Origin: Dicyema japonicum
Lineage: Eukaryota > Animalia > Dicyemida
Length of the DNA: 64,000 nt
Direction: 5' to 3'
NCBI GenBank assembly: GCA_011109175.1
Contig: RDEW01000001.1
Coordinates: 2,173,485 to 2,237,484, forward strand
Part shown: positions 23,592 to 35,017 of the stretch, piece by piece
Position numbering within the stretch: the stretch's first letter is position 1
Layout of the letters: the number at the start of each line of letters is the position of its first letter
The notes under the pieces: model-generated
What the model was told of the DNA's origin: nothing
Seen by the model: the letters and a program-made list of their open reading frames with translations, nothing else
Database searches by the model: none
Translations under genes and position numbers: made by a program

Positions 23592-25815
23592 ATGTCTTTC
23601 TCTCTTTTTAACTTATTAACTGTAATTTGTTGGTTAACAGTTTAATTTTAGATTTTACTCTTTAACATAATCCAAAATGGTATCCATTATATTGAATTCT
23701 AGAGAAAATATTAACATGCTACTACACAAATTGGGCGGTTTACAAAAAAGGGAATGCCAAGTACGATGCCAAGTACATGTATCCATACCTCTGTACACAT
23801 ATAATCTATGCCTTTGCCAATATTGACGCCCAGACTTTGACTCCCACCCCGACTGATCCCTGGTCTGATTTGCCAGGCATGATGTATGAATTATAAATAG
23901 ACGGACTTGACAACTTTAGAAAAGTAACTTCACTAAAGAATATCAATCCAAATTTAAAAGTCCTCTTGTCAGTAGGGGGATGGGAAAGACTTTTTAGTGA
24001 ATTCAATTTAGTCTCAAGTAATGAAAAGAACAGCAAATTATTCGCCAAAAATACAAAGAATTATCTCAAAAAATATAATTTTGATGGATTTGACGTTGAC
24101 TGGGAATACCCAAATGATAAGGAAAAATATACTCGAATGATGAAAGTAATAAATAGAAATAATATTAGGCTTTGAGTGAAGAATTCAAACGGGATAGTTC
24201 AGAAACATATTTGCTGACAGCCGCAGTTTCTGCTGGAATGGGAAAAGCTTCAGTCTCCTACGACATTCCAAGTGTTTCCAAGTAACTGTGCTTACTGAGC
24301 CGAAATAGATACCTTGATTACATTAACATCATGACTTATGATTTTTATGGTCAATTTTCACGTGTGGTTGGTCATCACACTGGATTATACTGCTTGAATG
24401 AGAATGACCAATTCTGCACAGTATCTAAAACCTTTAGTTTAGGACTTTGCTGTGAGATATTGGCATAATCAAGGAACTCCACTCTCCAAGATCCTTATCG
24501 GGATCCCTACGTATGCTCAAGGATTTAAAACAATGACAAAGAATCCACGTGTTGGAGATGTAAAAGTTGGGGGAACTCCAATGGGGCATATTCTGTACAA
24601 CAGTGGGATTTTATCATATCTCGAAGTTTTATAATTTAATTAAATTTAGTATTGTAATGAAGGATACAAAAATGTTTGGGACGACACCCAAAAGGCGGCA
24701 CATGGAGTAAAAGATTATTATTGGCTAGGATACGAGACCATCAAAAGCATTAACGAAAAAGTTGCTCAAATTTCACATTTCAGGCAAATTATGTAAAAGA
24801 CAACGGATTAGCTGGAATCTTTGTGTGGACATTAGATTTCGACGATTTTACCGGACAAGAGTGTCATAATGGAAAAAGTCCTCTGATTGGGGCAATCCAC
24901 AAGGAACTCAATATTTATCCTGGAATTGTAATGTTTCGTCTAAATCAAGGATTGGAAAACAAATATGGATACTGGATCAACTTCTGACGGCACCACAATG
25001 ACCAAATCAACCATATCTCCCAACTTTGGTGGAGCAGTGACTGATAAAAGTTATAGAAAAAATATAATTTAGATAACATCTGCAAAACTATAGGCTATTT
25101 TCCACTCGATGGCTGTACGAAATTCATGAATTGTCCAAAAATTGGAAGTACGGGAAGCGTTCAAAGTTGTGGAAATGGTCTACTCTTTGATGTCAAAACG
25201 AGCACGTGCAATTGGAAATCCTTGGTGAAATGTGAGGGGTCCGAACCTGAAACGAACTCAAATACGAACAAAAGTTAAAAATGGTGTCATTTAAGAAACC
25301 ACTACCTCGACTACTAATACGACAACAAAAGAGGCAACGACAGTGAGTTATGATGATAACACATCTACCAAATTCAGTGTATCTCCCAACTCTGGTGGAG
25401 CAGTTACTGATAAAAGTTATAGAAGAATATAATTTAGGTAATATTTGCAAAAGTATCGGCTATTTTCCACTCGATGGCTGTACGAAATTCATGAATTGTG
25501 CACAAATTGGAAGTACAGGAAACGTTCAAAGTTGTGGAAATGGCCTACTCTTTGACGTCAAAACGAGCACGTGCAATTGGAAGTTTTTGGTGAAATGTGA
25601 GGGCTCCGAACCTGAAACTCTTTCGAATACTGAAGAAAGTTAAAATGGTTGTTATTTAAGAAACCACCTCGACTACCAGTATGACAAAAAAAGAGGCAAC
25701 GACCATGAGTTCTGATGACATTGCATCTAACAGATCCACCGAATCTACCAACTCTAATGCAGCTGCTACTTCTTTATTCAGTTTACTAACAATAACTCTT
25801 TTCGGATTACACTAA
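23592..25815 (+). CDS. Secreted GH18 chitinase with two CBM14 (peritrophin-A) chitin-binding domains and a putative GPI-anchor tail
   Basis: Hydrophobic N-terminus, [15 protein letters not shown], intact catalytic [28 protein letters not shown], two 6-Cys CBM14 repeats, Thr/Ser linkers and terminal [21 protein letters not shown]. About 13 introns of 22-30 nt are needed, one of them GC-AG. Confidence 0.9.
25015..25746 (+). repeat. Intragenic tandem duplication (~366-bp unit) of linker + CBM14 exons with their introns
   Basis: ATCTCCCAAC.TGGTGGAGCAG... recurs at 25015 and 25381; intron pairs gttatagaa...atttag and gttaaaa...atttaag are both duplicated. Confidence 0.9.
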
Positions 25816-26149
25816 CAATTTAAAAAATAACCTTTAACACTAACAATTTTATTGACATATCTGACTTCTTAAAACTCTTTAATCTAACGTATTGTGGAAC
25901 TGATAACCATCTCAAACTGTTGAATTAAAGATAGGATCCTCCCTACTGGCGAACAATACCTTGGTTACAACAATAGTAAAATGTATAATTCATTAAATAT
26001 GCTTGAAGTGAAGAACATAAGATCCAAGGATATTGATTATCTGTTGTTATTCAATATGAGTTCACAACTTTATCGATATACCAAATTGTAAATTTATTAG
26101 TGAGAAGATGAAAATGGATAAATTTCTAAAATATACTCTAATCTTAAAT

Positions 26150-26600
26150 AAACAAGTGAATTGTGATATTTTGGGATATTTAAATTGTATATATCTTATA
26201 ATTTAATCTGAATCTGATTAATTCAAAAGTATATACTGTAATGATTTTTTCTAGTATGAAATAAAGGTAGAATCGTTGTTAACGAAATTTCAATAAAGAT
26301 TTAATGCTTTCTCGTCTTGTGAACAAAAATTTTCATTATTCACGGCATCATTCTCTTTTAATGATTTCAATGCAGACGAAAGCTTACAAAAGGAACGATT
26401 GGAAATCCAATCAGATTCAATACTTAAAGATAAATATTTTAAGGTTGGAATACCTGCTTTTTTCATATCTTCCTTGAAAGTTTAAAAAATATAAAGTTTG
26501 CGACAAAAATCATTGCTATGTTTGGTTTGTGTGTGAACAACTTTTTTCGAGAAATTATTATAAATGCGACCCTCGAAGGGAAATGAGTTTGACACCCATG
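26150..26600 (+). mobile_element. hAT (GTF2IRD2/Spin-like) transposon 3' relic with terminal inverted repeat
   Basis: Degenerate LQKERLEIQSDSILKDKYFKVG...IAMFG..CEQLFS; TIR-like GTTTGACACCCATG (26587-26600) followed by the hAT-type site CTCTAGAA. Confidence 0.65.
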
Positions 26601-27074
26601 CTCTAGAACGTTCCATTTTATGAAGCCCCCTGTGGAAATCGATAGGCCACTTTTCTAAAGATCATAGAGGGGTGGAAACTACTAATAAAAATGCTAAATT
26701 ATGTAATTTTATAAGACAGGGTTTCTTGGAAACTGTCTAACGCTCAATGTGGTTCTCTTATAAAGCGTCTACCGTTTTATTACTATAATAATATTTATTT
26801 GAGAAAGAAAGTCCATATTCCATGACGAGTTTTGATAAACTGATAAGTGGACAAATGATAGTGATTATAATATATTATAACTAAGATATATGTGGAATAT
26901 CAAAAGTGAGCATATTGGAGTTGTCATTACAAATGTAATACACAGTAATATTAGACTACACAATATCCAGTAAAAGTCATAAACATTCATCCAACAAATT
27001 CTTAGTCCAGAATAGTAAAAGTACTCTCCTGTCAAATCACAAATATATATACGAATAGACAAATCGGGGGTTGT

Positions 27075-27210
27075 TAGGTTGGTTGTCAGATTATCATTTT
27101 TGACTCTCATTAATACATTTTATACCCAAAATGTTGGAATAACCACGATTTTGAGGAATGCTTGCCAGAAAGAAAAGGGATCAACGAGAAGGGTTATGGC
27201 TGATACAAAG
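27075..27210 (+). mobile_element. Second Chapaev-like relic
   Basis: Repeat of about 21290-21365, continuing to KGSTRRVMAD (cf. Chapaev GKW...MLADYCW). Confidence 0.4.
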
Positions 27211-27229
27211 ATTGGAATGACCGTACTCC

Positions 27230-27631
27230 AAGGAAACTCGTTCTCGATCCACGCAGCGGGCTTCCTCAACTAACTTTTTTTGTTAAATAATTGTCATTAA
27301 AAAAAATTAATTTATTAAAAAATTATAAATAAAAAATTTAGAATTCAGACACTTATTAATTACACATAAATCGTTGTAATCTGTTAAGGAGGACGGAAAC
27401 CCGCTTAGTCTTTCCTTTTCCAAGGCACAAGAAAGTCGAGTGGTTAGGAAGTTCTCCTCCCCAATCGGATTCTTCTGCAGGGATGAGAGAAGGCTCTTTG
27501 GCACGGTAGTGAGAACAATGGAGACCAAAGACGTTGGATAGCTCATTTGATTGCGGGAACTGGGATTATCTAACTGTCTGACGTTTTTATGTCTTTCTTT
27601 CTTTGTGATCCCTGGGTTCTAAATAAATAAT
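27230..27631 (+). mobile_element. Family A LINE 3' fragment
   Basis: Homologous to 480-740 (EDGNPL...FSSPIGFFCRDERRLF) with terminal motif and TAAATAAATAA tail. Confidence 0.75.
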
Positions 27632-27640
27632 TAATCTGTT

Positions 27641-28590
27641 GTACTTGGTTGAGGTGGTGACGACATATTGCACTATGTATTATTCGTATTCCTTACCGAC
27701 TTATCCGTTCACTATGGGATCTTTTAATTGCAGAGGACTTAAACAACCTTACAAGATACACCAACTGGCATGCGATCTAATAAAAATACTCTGTCTGCTG
27801 TCTACTAGAGACAAAAACGACCGTACAATGCACAGAACTGTTTAGAAAATTTCACCTTTTACCCTCTTGTCGGCCTGTCGACATTATGGTCGCGGATTTG
27901 CAGTCCAACAGGACCTAATTCACTGTGTTACAAGACTGTGGGCAGTATCTGACCGAGTCGGAGTGCTGCAAATCAAATGCGGAAATAAAATCAACTCATT
28001 TCCATTATAAATATGCCCCAACCGGAGCGCGAGTCTTAACAAATATCGAAGAGCTGGACGTATTTTACTCTACTCTCACTAGAATATACAAAGTTTTTGT
28101 CATCCCTGTACTAACCTACAATTGTGGGACTTAGAGAATCTCTAAACGGGAAATGGATCGTCTTGACTATCCACAGAGCTCAGATCAAATCGGTAATCAG
28201 GATTAACTTGCCTATGAAGATCTCTAAAGCAAACCTTTATAATAAATGCAAATCCGGCGTGCTGTCATGATATTTCAAATAAAGATGGAGCCTCTTTGGC
28301 CATGTGTTACGTCTAAATGACCAAATCCCTGCAAATGTCGCAATGGACAACTACTTTGCACACACAGGAGCCGAATGCCGCGGAAGGCCAAAAACGACAT
28401 TTCTGAATATCTTGAACGAAGACCTATCGACTGGTTGGCATGAGACTAACTCGGCGGACGACCTGGACTACCTAAGAGAACTGGAGCGTAACAGAGGATC
28501 TTGGTCGAGACTGACGGAGAGGATGATTAGGAATACGGCACAAAGGAAACTTAACTAATTTTATGTTTTTTCGAGAGTGTTTTTTAATAA
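27641..28590 (+). mobile_element. Non-autonomous RTE-like element with ~2 kb internal deletion, flanked by a 9-bp TSD
   Basis: TAATCTGTT at 27632-27640 and 28591-28599. The 5' leader and APE start (MGSFNCRGLKQ) join at 28080/28081 (FYSTLT|RIYKVFVIPVLTYN) to the C-terminus and (TAA)n tail. Confidence 0.85.
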
Positions 28591-29060
28591 TAATCTGTTA
28601 ACTGCGTCTTCTATGGTGAAATAAGTTTCTTCCGCCATTTTTATTAATTTATAGACAAAAGAAAACAATTTATTAACATAAATTAAGATGAGGAGATAAA
28701 ATACTCTGTAGTTCATTTCGATAGATTGCTTAAGCATCTTTTAATTAGAATTCAATTTTCCTCAAACTCTTAGTTATTTTTTACTTCAATAAAATTTTTA
28801 CAGTAATATTCAACAACTTCCCCTTCTGGTCAGAATTATTTTGGGTAGATAGCCAATTTAAATTATTTTTTATCGAAGAAATAAAAAAATCAACCCCTTT
28901 AAAATATCTGTGTTTTTTAGATTACAGTTGTGAAGATTCGACTAAGCATTGTTGATCCTAGTCGGTAGATTAAATTTTACAGTGGCACCTGTGAAATAGT
29001 GAAAAAAAAGTGACAACTTAAAATATAACCACCAGTAATATTATTAAATCGAACAAAAAA

Positions 29061-30131
29061 TCACAAGGCTGATCTGTCCATAACAATCATGGACTTTCCC
29101 TTGGAGACCCCCGGTGCTGCCAGTTGTTCTAGAGGAGTCTTAAAGTCATCAAAGTCAAATAATTTAAAATTTGGTGCTTGGAATCGACCATCAATGGCAT
29201 ATTGGAATATATCCGACAACATGGTCTCATAGGCACCACACGTGGCATTCTTCGCTTTCCAATCTGTCAACCAAAACCCAACCATCTTCAAATTCAGGAA
29301 AATAAATTTCCCCAATGGAATCTTTGGGGGGTCTCTAGCCATCGCTCCATAAGTCACCATAACTCCGTCCTGTCCCAACAGTCTGAATAACTCAGTCGCA
29401 GATTGACCTCCCACGCAATTCAGAGCCAATTTTGGAGCCCCCAGATCTTTTATTAATGTCCTCATTGACGCTGACCCCAAAAATTTATCAGTGACTATAT
29501 GATCGGCTCCCAGTTTTGTCAGACGGTCCTTGATCTCGTCAGAGGCCGTTTCTCTAACAACATTGATTGTTTTTATCCCAAAAATGCGAGCAAATTGGAT
29601 TACAGCTTCACCAACCCCAGAAGTGGCCCCATTTTGAATTATATAATCACCTGGTTGTGCCCCATAGTCCTTCAAGAGTCGATAGGCAGTGCATGGGTTA
29701 ACAACAACACTGGCTCCCACAATGGATGGTACGCCTTCGGGGAGTTTCACAAGGTTTTCTGCCTTCATGTTGCAGTGGTAACACCATGTTCCGTTTCCAG
29801 GCTCAGCAGGAAAAGCTCGATCTCCGACTTTGAGATTTTCAACATTTTCCCCGACTTGAATGACCTCTCCAACTCCTTCATTACCTCCCACAGCCGGGAG
29901 AGATGGAAGATATCCATAGCGACCTTGAATCATGTTAATATCAGAAGGATTGATCGGGGCCATTAGGAACCGAAGTCTTACCTCATCACTAGCAATATCC
30001 GATAGTTTCATCTCTTTTATTTCAGCCACTTTTTGAGGATCACCACGTGAAGCATAGATGATAGCACGTGTTTTGTCGGCAAGTGATCTCACATAAATTT
30101 TTTGTGTTGAATGTAGAAAACGTAAAAACAT
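29061..30131 (-). CDS. MECR: Mitochondrial trans-2-enoyl-CoA/ACP reductase, intronless
   Basis: 356-aa ORF with mitochondrial-type N-terminus, APINPSDINMIQGRY, AVGGNEGVGEV, VNPCTAYRLL, QNGATSGVGEAVIQ, KLALNCVGG, VTYGAM, GFWL. Confidence 0.95.
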   Translation of the reverse strand: MFLRFLHSTQKIYVRSLADKTRAIIYASRGDPQKVAEIKEMKLSDIASDEVRLRFLMAPINPSDINMIQGRYGYLPSLPAVGGNEGVGEVIQVGENVENLKVGDRAFPAEPGNGTWCYHCNMKAENLVKLPEGVPSIVGASVVVNPCTAYRLLKDYGAQPGDYIIQNGATSGVGEAVIQFARIFGIKTINVVRETASDEIKDRLTKLGADHIVTDKFLGSASMRTLIKDLGAPKLALNCVGGQSATELFRLLGQDGVMVTYGAMARDPPKIPLGKFIFLNLKMVGFWLTDWKAKNATCGAYETMLSDIFQYAIDGRFQAPNFKLFDFDDFKTPLEQLAAPGVSKGKSMIVMDRSAL

Positions 30132-30999
30132 GTGACGTGAATATTATTATTTTGTATTTTTAATAAATTATTATTAGTAAATTATTAAAAAATTAATATT
30201 ATTCTATTTCTTAAACTGTTTATTTGCATATAGCCCATGTGGATGAACTGTTGTAGGGCTAACCAAATATATGTTTTGTGTTTCCGAGTCATATTTGGTT
30301 TTGTACTTTCTGTCATATCCATTTTTGGGGATTAAAAAGCGAACAGGGTGTTTGGTACTCCCTACAGGTATTTCTGAGTTAAAGTGGTAAATATACTGTT
30401 TAGTATGACCTTAAACTGTGTGACATGCTCTTCGTGCTTTATTTTCTGTGAATGGCTAATTCCCCTTTTGTTCTCTTCCATTAATTAATATACGCAATTT
30501 GATTGAGTTTTATGCTTTACATTTGTCGACAGATTGATCTTATTTCAAATTTATAACTTTCATATCATTCCTTTAATAAATATCATTAATGAGATATATA
30601 TTTGTCTTTCCAAGGTTGTCTATGGGCTAAGGTGTCTAACTAGATAACCTAACAGCTAAGATGTTAGACCCGAAACTGGGAAAAATGAGTTCGAATCTCC
30701 CACTGGCTACTTGATTGAAGAGTTATCTGACATAAAATGGAGGATGAAATAAAAATCCATTATTTTCTAGATCCATTGGATCTAACGTTGTCGTGTTGGA
30801 AAAACCCAGTGTATTACTGTTTACAGAAAAAGATAGTCCCAACCATTTACCGCAACATATTGAACAAGATACGGTTTGTCGACCTCCTGATATAATTTCC
30901 AGAGGTTTGCTCCCGGATCCAATTGTGGGTGACAATCATATTCCTTCAATATACATATCGGAGAAGTGGCGATATCTGAGATATACTCCGTTCTGAGAG

Positions 31000-31480
31000 A
31001 ATGCAGAAATAAAGATATCTGACATGATCATATAAGAATGAAATATATTAAAGAGGGACAACCTCTTTAGGCTTTCCAGATACCTTTCGACACTAGTTTA
31101 AGACTCAGATATATCTCATAGAACCGGAAGCATGGTTCCTAAACCAGGGAAACCGAGTAATGACCATTCTAGTTATCGACATATAATATGTTAACTTCCA
31201 AAAATAAAACGAATTATCTAAAAGATACTTTCAAACTGAGTTTAATCAAAAAACTTTCTTAACCGGAATCAGTAAGCTTTCGGTAAAATCCTGTGGTCAC
31301 TGCCTATTCTATCTCAATTTCCAGATAGCAAAAGCACGTGATTTCAAATATCACCTTAATGTAATTTGTTTGGATATCTGAAAGGCCCTTGCCATTGTGT
31401 GGTATGCCCTATTGAAACATCTTTGTCGAACGAGTACACTTAATTGGATCAAAGTTTTCCTAGAAAGAAAATAGTTTATG
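31000..31480 (+). mobile_element. Decayed LINE RT fragment
   Basis: MVPKPGKPSNDHSSYR...ICLDI.KA.AIVW...WIKVFL. Confidence 0.5.
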
Positions 31481-32349
31481 AATCATAGATTGCATATATC
31501 TAAAGAGATTAGCCATTAAATCCTCAAATTGAAATCCTGTAAAAGAGAGGATTATGTCCTTCTGAATGAATCATATGGCCTGTCACCATATATAGAGCTA
31601 ACTATGGATTACACCAGTAAGGGAGAGACCCCAATGAAGAATCCGGGGCCATCAAAGCAGACTTATGGCATTTCAATTGTCCCTCACGTTTAACCCTACT
31701 TAATTTCTTGTGTTAATAAGCAGTCATCCATTAACTAACATTAAACAAAGAGAAAGTTGAACTCTTCCCTGAGTTCGGAAGGAGACAATTTTTTTTATCT
31801 CTAGGGGAGTCCTGCGCTGAGTAATAGATACGTGAGATGTCGTTTCCCGAAATAAAATAGAGGATTATTCTTTGAGAAAACGAGAAAAGCAGCAATTAAT
31901 CTCTTAAACAAACTTGAAGATGAGTTAAATGAAGGGGAAAATTACTATAATTTTGGTTGAGAACAAATTAATCACAAATCCAGAGTAATATGTCAAATCA
32001 AAGAAGATTGTTAAAACTGAGAGGGTACACACGGAATGACCAGGACTTATGTTAGGTACTCCTCACATAAGTCCAAAAAACTTATTATTAAGGGACCTAT
32101 TTCTCCATTTCTCTTCTGAAGCCTGTAATGTACTATTGGAAAATGAATTTGGTCTGCACAAACATACTTTTTCTCTTCATTCCTTGATTAATTAGTTATG
32201 ACTCAACTTATGAGTCATTTATGAGTAACTATGACTGTTTTTCCTGGAGTTACCAAAGATTATAAACCTGGGGTTAATAAATATAGTTAAAAAGCCAAGT
32301 CAACGACCTGTTTTCTTAGTGGTTAATTAGGTCGGAAGTATTTGTATGA

Positions 32350-32450
32350 GATTTATTATTCCGAACCACAGGAAAGAGGATAAGACTAATCGTCTAAATT
32401 GAGTGATCCTGAAGTCCATACAATTTTTCTATTGCGGTTAGTTTTCCAGT
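32350..32450 (-). mobile_element. Family A LINE terminal fragment
   Basis: CAGGATCACTCAATTTAG...CCTCTTTCCTGTGG...AATAATAA on the minus strand. Confidence 0.55.
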
Positions 32451-32563
32451 TTGCTTTGTGTCGATGGTGAGAGCAGAGCGTTCTCAATGCTAACTGAAAT
32501 AATAAACCCCCAAATAATTAAAAACCGCAGAAACAGTAATATTCAAATAAAAAGCAAATCATC

Positions 32564-33134
32564 TTATGATGTTTTATTCCCATAAAACGGGGGGAATCGA
32601 CTCAAATGTAATTGTATGAGAGGTTCGAGTCTCGACCTCTGAAAATTGGTAACTGTCAGGTCATCGGACTTAAGATTATTCAACTCGGCATCTCCACTGA
32701 AATTCCAAACGGGGGATGGCTGCAGCCCATTCGAAATCGACATGAACTTCCTGGAATCGAAAAAAGCCGATCGTAGAAAGTTGATGCAGTTTTCCTAGAA
32801 AATAAGGAGAGAGGTACAGTTCTGGAAGTCATGATGCTGAACAAATCGGGGGACTGGTAGACGACGTTATCAACGATGTAGTATTGTCCGAGAATCACTG
32901 AGGGTTGATATTCGTACTACCTTCCTTGTCGTCTTCAGATCTTGCAACCTTGCTAATCACGAATAAGGGACGAGCCTCCAAAGATACAACAAAGGTGACT
33001 TGAGCTGAGAATCTGTTAGTTTTCTGATTATAGAATGGATTCTGTTCGTGGCAGAAGTAGTTGAGAGCCTCAACTCCGTTAGCAAGGGGAGGGTGGTCGT
33101 TTATACAGAAATTCACACCACAACCAAGATCCAT
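32564..33134 (-). CDS. MED6: Mediator complex subunit 6
   Basis: ALNYFCHEQNPFYN...PLFVISK...YYIVDNVVYQSPDLFSIMTSR...SAF...FQRSRLEPLI..HLSRFPP; two 23-nt GT-AG introns restore the frame; TAA at 32564-32566. Confidence 0.9.
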
Positions 33135-33269
33135 TTTATTTATTTATTTACCCAAAAACACCAATATTTAATTAAATTAATTAAGTTATCTCGACAGCTT
33201 CAATCAGATTTCTCATCTTTCTGGGATCCAACACAGCTTCTATACCAACTGAGGGAGACGAAGATTTTC

Positions 33270-33845
33270 ATTGGATCTGTTCAGATATCACTAACAAGGT
33301 CTTCCTCAATTCTTGAATTAACGTACGACAGGCTGTTGAATTTCAATTCCCATGCGAAGCAAGTCATCAATAAAGGCCTCAAAAGCTGAACGTTGTACGT
33401 GCACTTGTCCAGAGGAACCTTTTGAATTTGGAAGTTTCTGTTGTAACTCTTTATCGGAAAACAGGAATTACAGGAAATAATTTGTTGTTGCGTGGAGATT
33501 TGCGTTATCGGAAACTACGCTCCACAGACTCAATTCAATATACAGAAAAACTATTTATATGATGGGCCTCATATTGATCAACAGTCAATTCCATAATTAT
33601 TCTTTCGTGTCTGAGTAAGATATAAACCCTCTCCGCCTGTCCATTTCCAAGGCAAAAGAAAACAGATTGGTTAAAAAGTTCTCCTCCCAAATTGGAGTCC
33701 TCTGCAGGAATGAGAGAAGACTCTTTCGTAGTGTAATGGGCACTATGTAAGAACACAGACGTTAGATAGCACAGTTGATTGCGGGAACTGGGACACCTAA
33801 CGTTTTTTTCTGTCTTTCTCGGTGATCTCGGGGTCCTAAATAGCA
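33270..33845 (+). mobile_element. Family A LINE 3' fragment just upstream of MED6
   Basis: YDRLLNFNSHAKQVINKGL, homologous to 180-740, with terminal motif at about 33788-33835. Confidence 0.75.
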
Positions 33846-33899
33846 GTTTCTCTGTGTGATGATTTTGGGCATAAAAATTGGAAGGAGTGATGTATACCA

Positions 33900-34960
33900 T
33901 TCTCGTAATATAATCCTAGATCTGTATTGTTGGGAGTTGGACTGCCTGCACAGGACAACAAATCTCTTCTCATGTTGGATAAGGTCTTCAAGCGATGAGG
34001 GGAGTAATTTTCTAGTTTCCTGAGATTAAATAGTAGTATTGGAAAAACATACTTAATGACAGGAACTGAATGTCCCTGATTTTTTGTTTGTTCGTCCAGG
34101 ACGCACAGGTATAGCTGACAGATGGCTCAATGAATTTTTTGTGCAATAATTTCAAAGTTGGGAAAATGGTCTTAATACCACCAAAATAGATTCGATTATC
34201 CCTACCTTTCTTGACCATCTTCCGGAGGTGCCTTCGACATGAGAGGAAAAAAATACTAGTTGTTTGTCGAAGGTGATCTCCAAATGTTCAGTTTCTTTGT
34301 GAAAATGTATATTTAAACCAATAAATAATTAACACAGCCAACCATCCAAAGTGGACCGTCATTATCGACTGTGAGGATGAAAAAGGAAGGGGTTATAAGA
34401 TTAAGTATCAGTTTTTCCAATAATTTTGAAAGAAGTGATGCAGGATTGTCCTTAAGCTTGCCAGGTTTAAGGATAGGGGAATATAAATTTCCATTTATTT
34501 GGAATTATTTTATTGAATAGCTGAAAATCAACGTAATTGCATCAATCGCAATGGGTCAAAGGTGTTTTAGTGAAATAACAAGGATAGAGTCAGGCCCACA
34601 TGAGAGAGAATAATTCATCCTCTTGAATACCTCACTGACGTCTGAAAGTGAAATAAAGTTGATCGGCTGGGTTCTTCTCTGTCCTATTGAGGATAGGACA
34701 GAAGTGGCTAGCTGGTAAAAAAATCATTTTCCTTCCTTCCGATGGCGTCATTGGATCCACCTTACTGAGGAGACGCCCAATGACTGGCTGGCATCAAGAG
34801 GATCCAACTATTCTTTCCCAGGTAAACAATGTCGTTATTTGAAGACAAGTTCTGGAACGCTGGAACGAGTCAGGATCAAGAAGCTAGTTTGGTTATCCTT
34901 GGTCTTTGGAACAATTTTAATTTTTTTAATTTTAATAATACTTAGTTAGTTAAGTAACCC
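33900..34960 (-). mobile_element. Decayed family A LINE fragments
   Basis: GPDSILVISLKHL...PNKWK...ILKPGK and LKLLHKKFIEPSVSYTCASW. Confidence 0.6.
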
Positions 34961-35017
34961 CAGCCTCAATAACTTGTAGGAGGCTAGATAAGTCGGACTA
35001 ATAAGACTGAGGGAATC

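Noticed and set aside
26830-27070. Hydrophobic ORF resembling a DHHC palmitoyltransferase TM segment (FHIYL)
   Set aside because: No DHHC-CRD motif or other exons nearby, and it partly overlaps the antisense of a transposon relic.
29178-29966. Plus-strand ORFs of 70 and 155 aa, and similar antisense ORFs over RTE, CRE and RBM28
   Set aside because: They are shadow ORFs opposite real coding sequence.
30620-30710. tRNA-like stretch with a B-box (GAGTTCGAATCTC)
   Set aside because: No acceptor stem or D-arm can be formed. At most it is a decayed tRNA-derived relic, and no second copy is present in the window.
31625-31655. ETPMKNPGP as a second 2A motif
   Set aside because: Lacks the D(V/I)E core and has no element or ORF context.
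32620-32640. B-box-like GGTTCGAGTC
   Set aside because: It is the antisense of MED6 coding sequence (QRSRLEPL).
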